From NCBI GenBank assembly GCA_963738155.1, contig CAVTVG010000007.1, positions 249,834 through 313,833 on the forward strand: a stretch of DNA of 64,000 nucleotides, read 5' to 3'. The DNA is from an uncultured Alphaproteobacteria bacterium (lineage in GTDB: Bacteria > Pseudomonadota > Alphaproteobacteria > Rhizobiales > Xanthobacteraceae). Each line of letters opens with the position of its first letter. Position 1 is the first letter of the stretch. Positions 27,311-37,083 of the stretch are shown one piece after another. The notes under the pieces are model-generated. The model made no database searches. It saw only the letters and a program-made list of their open reading frames with translations, and was not told the DNA's origin. A program made the position numbers and the translations under genes.

Positions 27311-27705
27311 AGGACCATTTGGGTCTGGGTGACGATCGCGACCAACTTGCCCTCTTCGGTCTCAAGCCGCGTGGTCCAGACCTGGGTGCGGCGGCCGCGA
27401 TGCACCGGGGTGGCGGTCGCAATCAGCGTGATCCCCTCCTTCGCGCCGCCGATGAAGTTGGTCTTGCTCTCAAGCGTCGTCGTGCCCTTGGCGTCCTCGG
27501 GCAGATTGATGACGGTCGCGGCGGCGCCGACGGAGTCGGCAAAGGCCATGACCGCACCGCCATGAATGGTGTTGTTGGCGGTGCAGAGGTCCGGCCGCAC
27601 CGTCATGCGCGCCACCACACGATCCCTATCGGCTTCGACGAACGTCACGCCCTTCAAATCTGCGAACGGAATTTTCATCGAACGGATTTTCTCAAGCGGC
27701 GTCAT
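27307..27705 (-). CDS. PaaI family thioesterase (hotdog fold)
   Basis: IHGGAVMAFADSVG, TTTLESKTNF, HRGRRTQVW. Confidence 0.92.
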   Translation of the reverse strand: MTPLEKIRSMKIPFADLKGVTFVEADRDRVVARMTVRPDLCTANNTIHGGAVMAFADSVGAAATVINLPEDAKGTTTLESKTNFIGGAKEGITLIATATPVHRGRRTQVWTTRLETEEGKLVAIVTQTQMVL

Positions 27706-27824
27706 GGGCGCTCCCGGCTTCCTTCAAGCGATTTCTGAAACAGGATGGAACGTCCCGGTAAATGACGCAATGACCTCCAAGGTAATGGTCCCACGCTGTG
27801 CGCGGCCCGGGATATGCTGAGGCC

Positions 27825-28601
27825 ATGCAGCACTTCCCTCCCCGCCGCATCGTCTGCCTCACCGAGGAAACCGTGGAGACGCTGTACCTGCTCGCCGAGC
27901 AGGACCGCATCGTCGGCGTCTCCGGCTATGCGGTGCGGCCGCCACAGGTCCGGCGCGAGAAGAAACGGGTTTCGGCATTCATCACGGCAGACATTCCGAA
28001 GATCTTTGCGCTCGCGCCGGACCTGGTGCTCGCGTTCTCCGATCTGCAGGCCGACATCGCGGCTGAACTGGTGCGCGCGGGCATCGCGGTGCATGTCTTC
28101 AACCAGCGCGATGTCGCGGGCATTCTCGCGATGATCCGCACGCTCGGCGCCATGGTCGGCGCCGCCGACCGTGCCGAGAGCTTGGCAGCCGGCTACGAGA
28201 CGCGTCTCGCCGCCATTGCTTCCATCGTGCGCGCTCCTCACCCACGAGTTTATTTCGAGGAATGGGACGATCCCCTGATCAGCGGCATCGGCTGGGTGTC
28301 CGAGCTGATCGAGATCGCAGGCGGCATCGATATCTTCCCTGAACTGCGCTCGCGCAAATCAGCCAAAGAGCGGATCGTCGCGCCCGACACGGTGCGCGAG
28401 CTTGCGCCGGATGTGATCCTCGCCTCCTGGTGCGGCAAGAAGGTCAATATCGAGAGGATTAGAGGCAGACCGGGCTGGGACGCGATCCCCGCCGTGCGCA
28501 ACAATCGCATTGTCGAGATCAAGTCGCCGCTGATCCTGCAGCCCGGGCCGGCGGCGCTCACCGATGGGCTGGACGCGATTGTCGCGGCGCTGTGGCCTTA
28601 G
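27825..28601 (+). CDS. BtuF-like / helical-backbone substrate-binding protein
   Basis: RIVCLTEETVETLY, PDLVLAFSDLQ, YFEEWDDP, ILQPGPAA. Confidence 0.82.
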   Translation: MQHFPPRRIVCLTEETVETLYLLAEQDRIVGVSGYAVRPPQVRREKKRVSAFITADIPKIFALAPDLVLAFSDLQADIAAELVRAGIAVHVFNQRDVAGILAMIRTLGAMVGAADRAESLAAGYETRLAAIASIVRAPHPRVYFEEWDDPLISGIGWVSELIEIAGGIDIFPELRSRKSAKERIVAPDTVRELAPDVILASWCGKKVNIERIRGRPGWDAIPAVRNNRIVEIKSPLILQPGPAALTDGLDAIVAALWP

Positions 28602-29878
28602 GCCTTCTCCACCCCGCACCACTCTGCAATGAACAGCGCGGTGGCCTTGGTCGACTTCCGCAGCAACTCCAGATCGACATATTCGTTGAAGCCGTGCATC
28701 GCCGCACCGGTGGCACCGAAGCATAGGCTCGGGATGTTGTAGTTCAATCCGTAGAAGCGCGTATCCGTCAGCGCGGTGAACACGAGATCCTGCACCTCGC
28801 CGCCATGGACAGCAGTGAAGCCCTTGCCGAACGCCGCCTCGGCTTCCGCAGAATTTGTCAGCTCATACCCCTCCGACAGAAAGCCCGACCATTCCACGTC
28901 GGGCGGATTGTTGGAGAGGAAGCGGTGATCGCGCGCCGCGCCGGAGACGCAGGCGAGAATCTCCTTCTGGCAATCGGCGATCGACCAGCCCGGCAGCACC
29001 GCGATCCGGCAATCGACGTCGCACCAGGCCGGCACGCTGGAAGCCCAGTCGCCGCCCTTGATGATGCCCGGGTTGAAGTTGATGGGATGGACCAGCGCCT
29101 TGAAATGGCGATCCGCTTTGGCGCGTTCGTTCCATTCGGCTTCCAGCTTCTGCAACGCGTGGATCAGATGATAGGCCGCCATGATCGCATTGGCGCCGGC
29201 GCCCGCCTCGAATACATGCACGGGAAAGCCACGCACCTTCAGCCGGAACCAGATCACGCCGACCTGCGAGCGCACCATCTTGCCGCCGGTCGGCTCCGGG
29301 ATGAAGCAGGCATCGGCGCGATAGCCGCGCTGCAGGGTCGAGAGCGCACCGACCCCGGTGCTCTCTTCCTCGATCACGGACTGAAAATGGATGCGGCCGG
29401 TCGGCTTGAGGCCGGCGGCCTTGATCGCATCCAACGCGTAGAGCGCGCCGATCGTGCCCGACTTCATATCGCAGGCGCCGCGACCGTACATCTTCCCATC
29501 CTTGACGGTGGGCGAAAATGGCGGCGTCTCCCACATGTCGAGCGGACCCGCCGGCACGACATCGCAATGGCCCTGCAGGATCAACGACTTTCCCGCGTTG
29601 TTGGATGGCCGGTAGGTGCCGACCACGGTGCGCGCTTTGGAAAAGTCGTGCTCGATCGGACCGTAGCCGCGCAGACCCTTGAGATCGTCGAGATCGATAT
29701 GCCAGTCATCGACCTCGTAACCGCGCGCGCGCAGGAGGTCCGCGATCATGTCCTGGCATGGACCTTCGGCGCCGCGGGTCGAGGGGATCGCGACAAAGTC
29801 GCGCGTGGTGGCGAGCTGCGCGTCGAAGCCGGCATCGACAGCGTCGAGGATTTTTTGTCTGGTATCGGCGGTTATCAT
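28598..29878 (-). CDS. ArgE/DapE family deacylase (M20)
   Basis: QGHCDVVP, GRGACDMKSG, EEESTG. Confidence 0.9.
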   Translation of the reverse strand: MITADTRQKILDAVDAGFDAQLATTRDFVAIPSTRGAEGPCQDMIADLLRARGYEVDDWHIDLDDLKGLRGYGPIEHDFSKARTVVGTYRPSNNAGKSLILQGHCDVVPAGPLDMWETPPFSPTVKDGKMYGRGACDMKSGTIGALYALDAIKAAGLKPTGRIHFQSVIEEESTGVGALSTLQRGYRADACFIPEPTGGKMVRSQVGVIWFRLKVRGFPVHVFEAGAGANAIMAAYHLIHALQKLEAEWNERAKADRHFKALVHPINFNPGIIKGGDWASSVPAWCDVDCRIAVLPGWSIADCQKEILACVSGAARDHRFLSNNPPDVEWSGFLSEGYELTNSAEAEAAFGKGFTAVHGGEVQDLVFTALTDTRFYGLNYNIPSLCFGATGAAMHGFNEYVDLELLRKSTKATALFIAEWCGVEKA

Positions 29879-29983
29879 TTGCGTTGTTGTCCTTGTTTCC
29901 GCCGATCAAACCATACTTCGCCCGCGATGGGCAGGCGCTTTGCCCGCCTTTCAGAATCGGCAGCGCGTCTCTACATTCGAGCC

Positions 29984-30232
29984 ATGACAGCTTCGCGCAT
30001 CATCCTCGCTTTCGTTTTGTTGGCAGCTACGGCCGCTTCGGCGTTTGCACAGACGCAGCATGTCGCTCGCGAGCAGGACATCGTGGGCTTGCGGCTCGGT
30101 CAGCGCGTGATGGTCGATGACGGAACCTGCCCAAGCGGGCAAATCAAGGAAGTTTCGGGCGCCAAGATGACGCCGTCAGGCGTGACGCCCGTGCGCACCT
30201 GCGTTCCGCGCCTTGCAGCGAAGAAGAAATAG
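29984..30232 (+). CDS. Small secreted protein (DUF6719-like)
   Basis: Signal peptide; LRLGQRVMVDDGTCPSGQIKEV...RTCVPR. Confidence 0.7.
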   Translation: MTASRIILAFVLLAATAASAFAQTQHVAREQDIVGLRLGQRVMVDDGTCPSGQIKEVSGAKMTPSGVTPVRTCVPRLAAKKK

Positions 30233-30289
30233 CTAGTGCCGAGATGAGTGCGAAGCGCCCGGACCGCTTATCAACGAGGGAGACTGTCC

Positions 30290-30691
30290 ATGGGCGAGAA
30301 GCACGGAACCGGCCGGATGAAAAGCTCAGCGCCCTACTTTCTGGTCGATGACGTCGTTGCGACCGCGGAATATTACCGCGATGTTCTCGGCTTTTCCTTC
30401 GACGAGTTCTTCGGCGTCCCACCGAGCTTCACCATCGTGAGCCGCGACAATATCCGTATCCTGCTCCGTCAGGTCCGGCCCGCCCGGCCGCCGGTGGCGC
30501 GGCCGAACCGCAGCGTGATGGATGAGACCTTCGATGCCTATGTCTGGGTCGACAACGTCGATGCGCTCACGGCCGAGCTGCGCGCAAGGAGAGCGGACAT
30601 TATCGAGGGGCCGACCGACCGCATCTACCGGATGCGCGAACTATTGATTCGCGACCTCAACGGCTATGTGCTGGCCTTCGGTGAGGGATAA
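30290..30691 (+). CDS. VOC/glyoxalase family protein
   Basis: VVATAEYYRDVLGF, YRMRELLIRDLNGYVLAFG. Confidence 0.88.
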   Translation: MGEKHGTGRMKSSAPYFLVDDVVATAEYYRDVLGFSFDEFFGVPPSFTIVSRDNIRILLRQVRPARPPVARPNRSVMDETFDAYVWVDNVDALTAELRARRADIIEGPTDRIYRMRELLIRDLNGYVLAFGEG

Positions 30692-30705
30692 CTTGCGCCT
30701 GCGGA

Positions 30706-31089
30706 TCAGTTCGTCGCCTGCGTCGCCGGATCGAACATGCACTGCAGGGTCGGCTTGGCGATCTTGGTGAAGGTCGGGCCGATCTCGGCCTGCTTCGACG
30801 CCGGCACCCATTCGGATTCGATGGTGGGCACGCCGGTCTCGCCGATACCGCGCAGCAACGCCTCGCGCAGGTCGGCATCGTCGACCATGGCGGCGGCATG
30901 GTCATGCAGGCAGCCGCAGACTTCTTCAGGATGCGCCCAGCGGCCGAGCATGTGCGGCGCGCATTGACGGACAAAATCGGCCCGGGGATCGGCCATCCGC
31001 ATCGACGCGCGAATTTGCTGCTGCGCCTGTACCGGATGATTGAGGAGGAGAGTTGCGACGAATGCGAGCGCGCAAATACGAAGGAGCAT
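30706..31089 (-). CDS. Secreted Cys-containing hypothetical protein
   Basis: Signal peptide; FVRQCAP...VCGCLHD...LQCMF. Confidence 0.7.
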   Translation of the reverse strand: MLLRICALAFVATLLLNHPVQAQQQIRASMRMADPRADFVRQCAPHMLGRWAHPEEVCGCLHDHAAAMVDDADLREALLRGIGETGVPTIESEWVPASKQAEIGPTFTKIAKPTLQCMFDPATQATN

Positions 31090-31133
31090 GATGGCCTTTT
31101 CGGCGAATTGCCTGGGTGTGTCTACTTCAGCCG

Positions 31134-31289
31134 TCAGCGTGCGGCAACGACGAGGCTCTGGGACGGCGCAACCGGCGTGCCGTTGTAGGAGAAGGTGCCG
31201 ACGCCCGGCAGTCCGCTTTCCACCGAACCGGCCATTGAGGAGCCGGCCACCACGAAGACGAAGGCGAGGATGAAGCTGACGGTCCGCAT
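31134..31289 (-). CDS. Small secreted peptide (51 aa)
   Basis: MRTVSFILAFVFVVAGSSMAGSVESGLPGVGTFSYNGTP; RBS GGAGAG. Confidence 0.7.
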   Translation of the reverse strand: MRTVSFILAFVFVVAGSSMAGSVESGLPGVGTFSYNGTPVAPSQSLVVAAR

Positions 31290-31408
31290 TGACTTCTCTC
31301 CGGATTTTCCTGCTCGGCGCTGTCCGCCGGTATTTGTTGGTCGCTTGATAACCATCGCGGGTTTCCGGAATTCTGCGCCAAAAGCTGAAAATGGTTTCGT
31401 GAACGGGA

Positions 31409-31445
31409 GAATTGTTTCGTCGGCTCGTCAGCGACGAAACAATTC
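31409..31445. repeat. Perfect 14-bp inverted repeat in a divergent intergenic region
   Basis: GAATTGTTTCGTCG-gctcgtcag-CGACGAAACAATTC. Confidence 0.85.
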
Positions 31446-31671
31446 GGAACTGAATCCCTGAAATTCCAATCACTTGGCCGTCGGCCATTGGACCAGGGGC
31501 TCGGCCATCAGCCGACCTGCCGCCAGACCCCGGGGCGCCTGCTACGAGGCTCTATCCACGCTTTCCACCGGTCGAGACGTGAACCCACATCCCGGAGCAG
31601 TCGACTGACGAGAATCGCGCAACTCAAAGCGCCGTTCCGCGTTGTCTTCCTCTCGACAAGGGGTGGCAGTC

Positions 31672-31908
31672 ATGAGCAGTGGCGACATCGTTGTTGGCAA
31701 TCCAGCTCCCAAGTCCACTCAACCGACACTGAAAGACCCAACCGAAAGGGCAGATGCCCCGCGGGCGCCACGACCACGCCAGCAACAAATGTGCGGGGCG
31801 ATGACCCAGCAGGGCGACCACAACCACGCCCCCTCCCAACCGCAGGAACTTGTCCGGCTGGTCGGCTATCGCGATCCCAAGGTCAGGCCACCCCGCGCAC
31901 CCGGCTGA
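31672..31908 (+). CDS. Small hypothetical protein
   Basis: 78-aa ORF; preceded by GCAAC-N16-CGTT (31619-31643, EcfG-like with one mismatch). Confidence 0.5.
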   Translation: MSSGDIVVGNPAPKSTQPTLKDPTERADAPRAPRPRQQQMCGAMTQQGDHNHAPSQPQELVRLVGYRDPKVRPPRAPG

Positions 31909-31909
31909 C

Positions 31910-32458
31910 TTACTGGATGAAATCGCCGCATTTCTGCACGGCGCTGTCGGCCCCGCCCCAGGGCATGACCGGCACGGTAGAAGTCGAATTCTTCGGCGAG
32001 CCGTCGATCAGCTTGTCCGAATAGACCATGTAGACCAGCGTGTTGCGCTTGGCGTCGCAGCCCCGCACGATCTGCATTCTCTTGAAAAACATCGAGCGGC
32101 GCTGGCGAAACATGTCCTCGCCCTGCTCCAGTTTGCCCTTGAAGTGGATCGGTCCGATCTGGCGGCAGGCGAGCGAGATGTCGGAGACTTGCTCAGAGAG
32201 CCCGAGCCAGCCGGCATAACCGCCCTTCTCCGGCACCGTGAAATGGCAGGCGACGCCTTCGACCTGGGGGTCGTCGACGCCGTAGGTCGCGAGTTTGTCG
32301 TTCGGGCTCAGCAACTTGAACACCGTCGAGCGGCGGAAGATCAAGTCCGGCTCGTCGGCCGCCAAAGACGATGAAACCGGCCATGCCAGCCACGCGACAA
32401 ACAACAGGCACAGTATATTCAGCCGCGTATCACACGGCCTTGAGGCGGGAGATGTCAT
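31910..32458 (-). CDS. creA: CreA family protein
   Basis: VDDPQVEGVACH, SDISLACRQIGPI, RGCDAKRNTLVYMVYSDKLIDGSPKNSTS. Confidence 0.88.
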   Translation of the reverse strand: MTSPASRPCDTRLNILCLLFVAWLAWPVSSSLAADEPDLIFRRSTVFKLLSPNDKLATYGVDDPQVEGVACHFTVPEKGGYAGWLGLSEQVSDISLACRQIGPIHFKGKLEQGEDMFRQRRSMFFKRMQIVRGCDAKRNTLVYMVYSDKLIDGSPKNSTSTVPVMPWGGADSAVQKCGDFIQ

Positions 32459-32519
32459 GGAGAGCTCCGAATGGGCAGGCGAGCGGATGTAGGGAGGCAA
32501 ACTTGCCTCCGAAAGGTCA

Positions 32520-32686
32520 CTAGTGCTCACTTTCCGAAGCTCGTGTTCCCTCGCCGCACGCACTATCACGAACTTCGGAAAGTCATGGGCACTAGCAAAC
32601 TTATGATTCTAGTGCCGCTTTTCGATCTGAAGTCCCTGGGAGAACTCGCGGCCTGCGGTGCAGGGACTTCAGATCGGCGGCACTAG
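32520..32686. repeat. CTAG-bounded double-hairpin element, copy 2 (subfamily I)
   Basis: Hairpin A 32520-32595, linker CAAACTTATGATT, hairpin B 32609-32686. Confidence 0.95.
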
Positions 32687-32807
32687 GTAGCCCGCTGCCT
32701 TTAACGTAATGTGAGGCTTTTTTGCTACGCTTGGGCCGAAAACTGCAGGAATTAGAGGCGCTACGCTGGTTAACGCCTCTCGCGTCTGCGAAAATGACCG
32801 AAACCGG

Positions 32808-34652
32808 ATGACCGAGGATTCGAAAATGAACCGCGAACGCGCGCTGCGCGCCTCCGTTTCGACCGGAGCGCTGTTCCGCGCTGCCTTGTTGACGGCCGCC
32901 GGCATCATTGCTGCCGCCGCGCCTGCCGATGCCGCGCTCTATTACTATCGGGACTCCGACCCCGCGCTGACCCGCTCCTCCGAGCCGCCGCAGCGGGTGC
33001 GGCAACCACAACGCGCGCACCGCGCAGCGAAGAAGCAGGAGACCAAGGTCAAGGAGACCACGGTCCATCCGCAAATGCCGTTGGTCATCGCGGTTTCGAT
33101 CGGCAGCCAGCGCGTGAAGATTTACGACGCGAACGGACTGTTCGCCGAAGCGCCGGTGTCGACGGGCATGGCCGGACACCCAACCCCGCAGGGCGTGTTC
33201 AGCGTGATCGAGAAGGATCGCTACCACCACTCCAACATCTACAGTGGCGCGCCGATGCCGTTCATGCAGCGCATCACCTGGGGCGGCGTCGCCATGCATG
33301 CCGGCGTATTGCCCGGCTATCCGGCGTCGCACGGCTGCATCCGTATGCCCAATGAGTTCGCCACCAAGATGTGGGGCTGGACCAAGATGGGCGCGCGGGT
33401 GTTCGTCACGCCCGGCGAGGTGCCGGCGCCGGCGCCATTCTCGCATCCGTTCCTTGCCGCCTACAAGGTTGCACCACAACCGGTCGTCGCCGAGCCGCCG
33501 GCAGATCCTGACGTGAAAGTCGGGCCGAAGGCTGATCTGGGCGCGCCTGAGCTCAAGTCGATCGAGACCAAACTCGATCTGCGGCCGTCTGTCGGACACG
33601 ACAAGCCTGCCGACGCCCCCACAACGCGCACCGCCGACGCCGGTAGCAAGACTTCTGTCACGATGACCGATGCGGGCGGAGCCGCGCCGCGCTCGGAAGC
33701 CAAGATCGAGACGGCTGACGCGGCCGGCAACGTTCCGGCGAAAGCCAGCGAGACGACCGGTGAAGCCAAGCCCGATGTCGCCGAAGCTGCGAAGCAGGCC
33801 GCTCCCGGGGAGAACGGTGCGGAGGTCAAACCTGGCAACGCGCCGGCGCTAGCTCCCGAAACCGGCGCGACGCCGGTGGCCGCGGCCAAGGCCGAGGGTG
33901 ATGACGCCAAACCGGAGCGCACCGCCAGCACCGATGTGAAAGCCGACGAGAAGCCCGAGGCCAAGGCCGAAGCCAAATCCGACGAGGCTCCGAAGGCAGT
34001 CGAGCCAGCCAAGCCGGTCGAAGCCAGGACCGAACCGAAGGTCGACGCGCCGAAGGCCGCGGAGACGCCGAAGGCCGAAGTCAAGCCGGATGCCGTCAAG
34101 GCCGACATGGCCAAGCCCGACGACGCAAAGCCTGCGAAGAAGGACGAGACCCGTATCACGCCCCCGGCCAAGGTGGTGAAGGAGTCGCCGAGGCGCACCG
34201 GCCAGATCGCGGTCTTCATCAGCGGCAAGGATTCCAAGCTCTACGTCCGGCAGAATTTCGCGCCACTGTTCGACGTGCCCGTGACGATCTCCTCGAGCGG
34301 CCGTCCGCTCGGCACGCATGTGTTCACGGCGCAGGTCGACAAGGACGACACCAACGTCCTGCACTGGTCGGTCGTGACGGTGCCGATGTCACGCACCGTG
34401 CGCGGCGAAGACAAACGCGAGCGCGTTGCTGCACGCGGCAAGCACAAGGGCGCGCCGCCTCCGCCGGTCGAGGTCAAGCAGATCGTGTCCGACAGCCCGG
34501 CCGAGGCGCTGGACCGCATCACGGTTCCGCCGGAAGCGATGGCGCGCATCGCCGAGGCGCTGACCAGCGGCGGCTCGATCATCGTGGCGGACCAGAGCAT
34601 CAAGCAGGGCGAGACCGGCGAATACACCGACTTCATCCTGTCGCTGCGCTAG
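32808..34652 (+). CDS. L,D-transpeptidase (YkuD) with long K/E/P/A-rich linker and a degenerate second domain
   Basis: APVSTG..GHPTPQGVF, MHAGVLPGYPASHGCIRM; C-terminal IAVFIS...PLGTHVFTA. Confidence 0.92.
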   Translation: MTEDSKMNRERALRASVSTGALFRAALLTAAGIIAAAAPADAALYYYRDSDPALTRSSEPPQRVRQPQRAHRAAKKQETKVKETTVHPQMPLVIAVSIGSQRVKIYDANGLFAEAPVSTGMAGHPTPQGVFSVIEKDRYHHSNIYSGAPMPFMQRITWGGVAMHAGVLPGYPASHGCIRMPNEFATKMWGWTKMGARVFVTPGEVPAPAPFSHPFLAAYKVAPQPVVAEPPADPDVKVGPKADLGAPELKSIETKLDLRPSVGHDKPADAPTTRTADAGSKTSVTMTDAGGAAPRSEAKIETADAAGNVPAKASETTGEAKPDVAEAAKQAAPGENGAEVKPGNAPALAPETGATPVAAAKAEGDDAKPERTASTDVKADEKPEAKAEAKSDEAPKAVEPAKPVEARTEPKVDAPKAAETPKAEVKPDAVKADMAKPDDAKPAKKDETRITPPAKVVKESPRRTGQIAVFISGKDSKLYVRQNFAPLFDVPVTISSSGRPLGTHVFTAQVDKDDTNVLHWSVVTVPMSRTVRGEDKRERVAARGKHKGAPPPPVEVKQIVSDSPAEALDRITVPPEAMARIAEALTSGGSIIVADQSIKQGETGEYTDFILSLR

Positions 34653-34687
34653 CGCCTCCCGATGCCGGCGGCTAAAACACCGCCGGC

Positions 34688-36301
34688 ATGGACCAGGCCT
34701 CGCATCACCCGGCACATTCGGACGCATTTGACCGGCTGACCTTTCTCGGCTGGCGGGGCAGCCTCGCCGCTGTCGTCGCGGGGCTTGCCGTCTCCTTCCT
34801 GCTGTTCGGCTATTTCGTCGTCTACTGGCGCAATGCCGACATGGATTTCATGGTGGTCTACAGCGCGCTCGCCATGAATGCCGGAAAGCCGCAGCAATAT
34901 CTCGACCATCCCGCCTATCTGACCATCCTGTCGGTGAAATCCTGGTTCGCGCTGCTGCATCAGCTTAGCCTGCTCGATGCCTGGACGCTGCCGGCGATCC
35001 CGAAAGCCACGGATGCTGCAGCCTTCGATGCCGCGATGACGCATGCGGTCCGCGCTGGGCGCGTGCTCGTCTTCGCGATCGCCATGGGCTGCATCGCGAT
35101 CTTCGCCGCGCTGTCACGGCTGATCGTGCGCGACTGGCGCGTTGCGCTGCTCGCCACCCTTGCCTTTGCATTGTCCGGCGGGATTGCCGTGCATTTGCGT
35201 ATCCTGCGCAGCGAGCTCGTCGCCGCTTGCCCGGTAATCTTCGCGCTGATGCTGCTGATCGCGATCGGCCGCCGCGCCCATGCGGCGCGCCCGTTCGCGC
35301 TCGCCCTGGCAGCGGCGCTCTGCATGCTCGGGCTCGAGAACAAGGTGCAGGCAATCCTGTTGATCGGCGTGCTCCCGGTGCTGATCCTGCCGTTCGGCGG
35401 CCCTAGCAGTGCCAGCGTCGCCTTCTGGAGGACGGGCGTCGCCTGGATCGTGGTTCTCTTCGCCGCGATCGTTGCGAGCGTTGCGGCATGGATGGCGTGG
35501 CCGCTGATCTCCGTCGGCCTCGACCGCAGCCTGCTCGTTTCAGCGCAATTCCATCCGCTGCTGTTCAATCGCTACGGCGTCTATCAGTTGGCACTGCTCG
35601 TCCTGATCGCCGGCTGCATGATCGCCTATGCCGCGACCTGGCGGATCAGCGTTGCCGAAACTCTGGCGTCGATCTCCGCGGTGATCGCCGGCGCGGCGCT
35701 GACGCTGCTGCTGCTTGACCTCGATTACAATGCCGCCAACGCGATCGCCGTCGTTAATCCGCTGGAGAAGATGCTGACCTTTGCCGATCCGAACACGGCG
35801 AACGCTGCCGATAGCGCAAGTCCTGTCGCCGCGGTCCTGCTGTTGCTGCGAGGGCTCGGCTCGGTGCTTGCGCGCTACACCTTCGTGCTGCATTCGTCTC
35901 CCCGCCCGACCGTGTTCCTGATCTGGCTGATCATCCCCGGCATCATCTGCGCGTGGCGGCGCGGCGAACGGCAGGCGGCGCTGCAGGCGGCCATTCTGAT
36001 GCTCGCCGTGCTTGCCACCGATACGCTGGGTGTCCAGCGCGGCTTGAAAGCCGAATATTTCATCTTCAGCGATCCCTTGATCATCATTGCAGGCGCGATC
36101 CTGCTCGACGCGCTGCGCGATCTGCGCTTCCACAAATGGGCGTTTCCGATCGCGGCGACGCTGCTCGGCCTGCATATTGCGTTCAGCCAGGCCGAGCCGG
36201 TGAAATATGCCTTCAAGAAGACAGGGCCGGAATCGACCTGCGAATGGAATGGCTACTACATGCCGCTGATGCCCCTGCCGTGGTGCGTGGGGCGGTCGTA
36301 A
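34688..36301 (+). CDS. Polytopic membrane protein (possibly a GT-C-like cell-envelope modifier)
   Basis: More than 10 hydrophobic segments; DHPAYLT loop; function uncertain. Confidence 0.7.
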   Translation: MDQASHHPAHSDAFDRLTFLGWRGSLAAVVAGLAVSFLLFGYFVVYWRNADMDFMVVYSALAMNAGKPQQYLDHPAYLTILSVKSWFALLHQLSLLDAWTLPAIPKATDAAAFDAAMTHAVRAGRVLVFAIAMGCIAIFAALSRLIVRDWRVALLATLAFALSGGIAVHLRILRSELVAACPVIFALMLLIAIGRRAHAARPFALALAAALCMLGLENKVQAILLIGVLPVLILPFGGPSSASVAFWRTGVAWIVVLFAAIVASVAAWMAWPLISVGLDRSLLVSAQFHPLLFNRYGVYQLALLVLIAGCMIAYAATWRISVAETLASISAVIAGAALTLLLLDLDYNAANAIAVVNPLEKMLTFADPNTANAADSASPVAAVLLLLRGLGSVLARYTFVLHSSPRPTVFLIWLIIPGIICAWRRGERQAALQAAILMLAVLATDTLGVQRGLKAEYFIFSDPLIIIAGAILLDALRDLRFHKWAFPIAATLLGLHIAFSQAEPVKYAFKKTGPESTCEWNGYYMPLMPLPWCVGRS

Positions 36302-36366
36302 CGGCCTGTTGAGCGGAGGCGCTTCGCTGCCGTGCTATTCTCGACTGCACCGAGCAGAGAGGCCCC

Positions 36367-36927
36367 ATGATCGACCGCAGGACCATGATCGCAGGCGCGT
36401 TGGCAGCAGCGACCGTACCGCTCGCCGCGCGCGGACAGGTGAGCCGCGTCACCGCTTACGCATTCTCATTCCCGGCGCTTGAGTCCGGCGACATCCGCCT
36501 CGCCGAATACACCGGCCATCCCTTCCTCGTCGTCAACACCGCCTCGCAATGCGGCTACACCCCGCAATATGCGGGCTTGCAGCAATTGTGGAGCGAGTTT
36601 CACGGCCGTGGACTGACCATCATTGGCGTCCCCTCCAACGATTTCGGCGGCCAGGAGCCGGGCGGGCCCAAGGAGATCGCGCAGACTGCGCAACACGACT
36701 ATGCCGTTACCTTCCCGATCGCGGCCAAGGCCGCCGTAATCGGCCCTAGCGCCCATCCCTTCTACAAATGGGCCGCGCAGGCGCGGCCGACGGATGTGCC
36801 GAAATGGAACTTCCATAAGTATCTGATCGGGCGCGACGGCTATATCGCCGACGTCTTCGCCTCCGCCGTGGAGCCGAGCGATACGCGCGTGAAAACCGCG
36901 ATCGCAAAGGCGTTCGCGGATACGTAA
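36367..36927 (+). CDS. Glutathione peroxidase-like protein with Tat-type signal
   Basis: NTASQCGYTPQY, GVPSNDFGGQEPG, WNFHKYLI; N-terminal DRRTMI. Confidence 0.92.
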   Translation: MIDRRTMIAGALAAATVPLAARGQVSRVTAYAFSFPALESGDIRLAEYTGHPFLVVNTASQCGYTPQYAGLQQLWSEFHGRGLTIIGVPSNDFGGQEPGGPKEIAQTAQHDYAVTFPIAAKAAVIGPSAHPFYKWAAQARPTDVPKWNFHKYLIGRDGYIADVFASAVEPSDTRVKTAIAKAFADT

Positions 36928-37083
36928 GGCACAGTTCCCGAAATTAACCGCTCCCGCGACATTACGGGTCGCATTGTCGCGCCTTGGCGCAGCCGCCCGG
37001 ACTAGGCTATACGGGGTCAGGCAGGAACGCCCGGATGACGGCTCACGATAGCCGCACGGGCCATAAAATCTGGGATCATCAAA

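Noticed and set aside
27706-27824. Cobalamin riboswitch upstream of the BtuF-like gene
   Set aside because: No B12-box or conserved core visible, and the gap is short and shared with a divergent gene.
33480-34200. Tandem repeat in the L,D-transpeptidase linker
   Set aside because: Low-complexity K/E/P/A protein linker with no regular DNA repeat unit.
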